In this document: positions 61,896 to 64,000 of the stretch, piece by piece
Position numbering within the stretch: the stretch's first letter is position 1
Layout of the letters: every line of letters begins with the position of its first letter
Assembly (NCBI GenBank): GCA_965198005.1
Contig: CBDAOI010000004.1
Location: 2,272,001 to 2,336,000, forward strand
From: Spirochaetia bacterium
GTDB lineage: Bacteria > Spirochaetota > Spirochaetia > SZUA-6 > Bin103
Length of the DNA: 64,000 nt
Direction of reading: 5' to 3'
The notes under the pieces: generated by a model
The model's input: only the letters and a program-made list of their open reading frames with translations
Told to the model about the DNA's origin: nothing
Database searches by the model: none
Made by a program: the position numbers and the translations under genes

Positions 61896-62302
61896 CTAGA
61901 GCAGCTTGTCTACGGCAACCAGGATCGCCACGGCGGCAGCGATGGCGGCGCCCAAGCGGATCGTCAACCGCTCCTGGAGCTTGCTGATCTCGCCGCGCAA
62001 GGTGGCCCCCATGTGATTCATATCGCCGCGCAGGGTGGCCAGCTCTTCCTTGGTGGCAAGTGTTGCGATCTCGCCACGCAAAGCTGCGAGCTCGTCCTTG
62101 GTGGCGAGGGTTTCGATCTCCCGGTGGACGCCTTGGAGCTCGCGGTGGAGGCCAGCGATGTCGTCCTTGGTGGCGAGGTTCTCGAACATGCCCTCGGCAA
62201 GGTCGACACCAGCACCCGCGCCTTGGTTTCATCGAAACCCGCTTCCTTTTGCAGCCGGGTGGCCGCCTTGAGGGTGTCGAAGGCTACCGCCACGCCGGCC
62301 AT
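61896..62302 (-). pseudogene. DUF1640/CCDC90-like coiled-coil membrane protein with a 1-bp frameshift at ~62199
   Basis: FDTLKAATRL...AGFDE, three LATK(D/E)(D/E) repeats, C-terminal LTIRLG+TM. Confidence 0.78.
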
Positions 62303-62660
62303 GTTATTCCCCTGGCGGAGATCTGTACACCATCATTTCGTTACGTAAGTCATGTGGTAGTACAACGGTCCGCGCTCGCTGGCGCTTCACACCGGCGCCA
62401 CGCACGGACCCTACGGGTCCTTGGCGTTTAGGGTCCGCGCGCAGGGGCACGTGCACGCTGTCCGTATGGTATGCGGGTAAGGACGGCAGCGAACCCGCGG
62501 CTCTTTCAGTGCTCGCGCGCTAGGCAGCCCGTCTGGTCCGGCACACCGGCGCCCTTGCCCATGCTCGATCGGGCGCGCGTCAGTTTGGGCCCCCAAAAAC
62601 ACCATAAGGGTGGTCCGCTTCGCCGGGTTGAGAGGAACGCCGATTCGTGAGAGGAAGCGC

Positions 62661-63417
62661 ATGATGGAAACCGACATCCGCACCGCAGCCGTGATCGGCG
62701 GCGGCGCCATGGGACACGGCATCGCCGAGGTGCTCGCGCGCCGCTGTGAGCGCGTGTGGCTGCACGACGCGGTGCCGCAGGTGATCGAGCTGGCCGGGCA
62801 ACGGATCGGCGCATCGATCGCGCGGCTGCGACGGCACGGCCTGATATCCGAAGAGACCGCCGCCCGCATCCCGGAGCGCATCCGGACCACACCCGATCTG
62901 GGCGAGGCGGCGGCCGGGGCGCAGCTCGTGATCGAGGCGGTCTCCGAGAACCTGCCGCTCAAGCAGGAGCTGTTCGGCGAGCTCGACCGCATCACCGGAG
63001 CCGATACGATCTTCGCCACCAACAGCTCGAGCATGCGCATCGCAGACGTGATGAGGCAGGTCGGGGCCGGCCGCCAGGAGCGCCTGGTGGGGTCGCACTT
63101 CTTCCTGCCGGCGCAGATCGTGCCGCTGGTGGAGGTCTCGCGCACGCCGGCCACCAGCGACGAGGTGTTCGAGCAGATCGTGTCCCTGTGGCAGGCCTGT
63201 GGGAAGGAACCGATTCGCGTGCAGCGAGACGTCAGCGGCTACGCGCCTCGACGCCGGTCGCCAGCACCTGCTCGATCTGGCCGCGGCCGGCCACCTCGGC
63301 CTCAAGACCGGTCGCGGGTTCCTGGACTGGGACGACAAGGACCCGGAGACGACGGTGGCCGAGGGTGATGAGGCGCTGGCGCGGCTGGTGGCGCTCCTCG
63401 GGCTGGGGGCCGGGTAG
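62661..63417 (+). pseudogene. 3-hydroxyacyl-CoA dehydrogenase family protein with out-of-frame internal deletion
   Basis: GGGAMGHGIA, IEAVSE...K, ATNSSS, GSHFFLP...LVE. After RDVSGY it jumps to GHLGLKTGRGF in another frame. Confidence 0.85.
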
Positions 63418-63444
63418 CCGGGTAGCGCGGGACTTGCCCGAGCG

Positions 63445-64000
63445 TTTTCTCGGCCTCTAACGCCGCTCGCAAGTCGTCTAGGGTGGTGACGTTGTAGGAC
63501 CGCACGCCGAAGCCGCGCGCTACCTGGGCGAAATCGATGTGGTGGTAGTCGGTGGAGACGTAGTTCTGGTCGTAGTAATCGCGCTGTACGTGTTTGATCC
63601 AGCCGAGGGTGTCGTTAGTGAAGATGAAGGTGAGGATCGGCAGCTGGGCGCGCGTCATCACTTCCATCTCTTGCAGCGAGTAGCCGAAGCCGCCGTCGCC
63701 GGCGAAGTGCAGAATGCGACCCGGGTTGTCTTGCGCCCGCCGCGCCAGTGCGACTCCGACGGCCGCTGGGCTGCCCCAGCCAAGCCCGGCGAGGCCGCGC
63801 TCCGGCGCCCGGCGGCTGCGAAGGTGAGGTAGCATGCGGCCCAGCCGGAGGCGAGGCTGGCATCGGCTACCGCAGGGGCGCGGTCGGCTCACGGGCGGAG
63901 TCGGTCATCTCCTGGTACCAGCGGACGCGGGCATCGGTGTAGCCGGCCAGGTCCCAGCCGGTGCCGGTTGCAGAGCTTCGCCGGCGGCCAACACGGCGTC
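63445..64000 (-). pseudogene. Thiamine-diphosphate enzyme (acetolactate synthase-like), degraded C-terminal part; continues beyond the window
   Basis: GLAGLGWGSPAAVG, GDGGFGYSLQEME...TNDTLGWI (GDG-x-N motif). Frame broken upstream and natural end missing. Confidence 0.78.

Overview
High-GC bacterial DNA with no rRNA, tRNA or CRISPR array that I could recognise. It is probably from a host-associated symbiont. The '...FASGDDEEPAAAMEKEMV.DP.TG' solute-binding N-termini, the bat operon and the giant FN3/cadherin/Calx-beta autotransporter suggest a sponge-type Spirochaetota, but this is inference only. Intact or near-intact content: a peptide/nickel ABC operon, a flavin/F420-type oxidoreductase cluster, a ~13.9-kb autotransporter adhesin gene (ten near-identical 642-bp cadherin+FN3 repeats, five 1-bp frameshifts), a Baeyer-Villiger monooxygenase, a nitronate monooxygenase, a sugar ABC operon, a secreted chalcone-isomerase-fold protein, an ATPase-nuclease, a complete MoxR/DUF58/BatA-E operon, a DUF262+HEPN pair, a YchF-like protein lacking its P-loop, a heterodimeric ABC exporter and an Rpn nuclease. 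Mobile DNA: a 2160-bp ISKra4/ISLre2-like element with 20-bp TIRs, an 8-bp target duplication and a chimeric transposase. The dominant window-wide pattern is deletion erosion. Duplicated operons are telescoped into collinear scraps, a BVMO/sugar-ABC segment appears duplicated and reciprocally eroded, and several defence/TA modules have lost their toxic part (including an orphan internal Rpn antitoxin). Single-base frameshifts may be sequencing or assembly errors.
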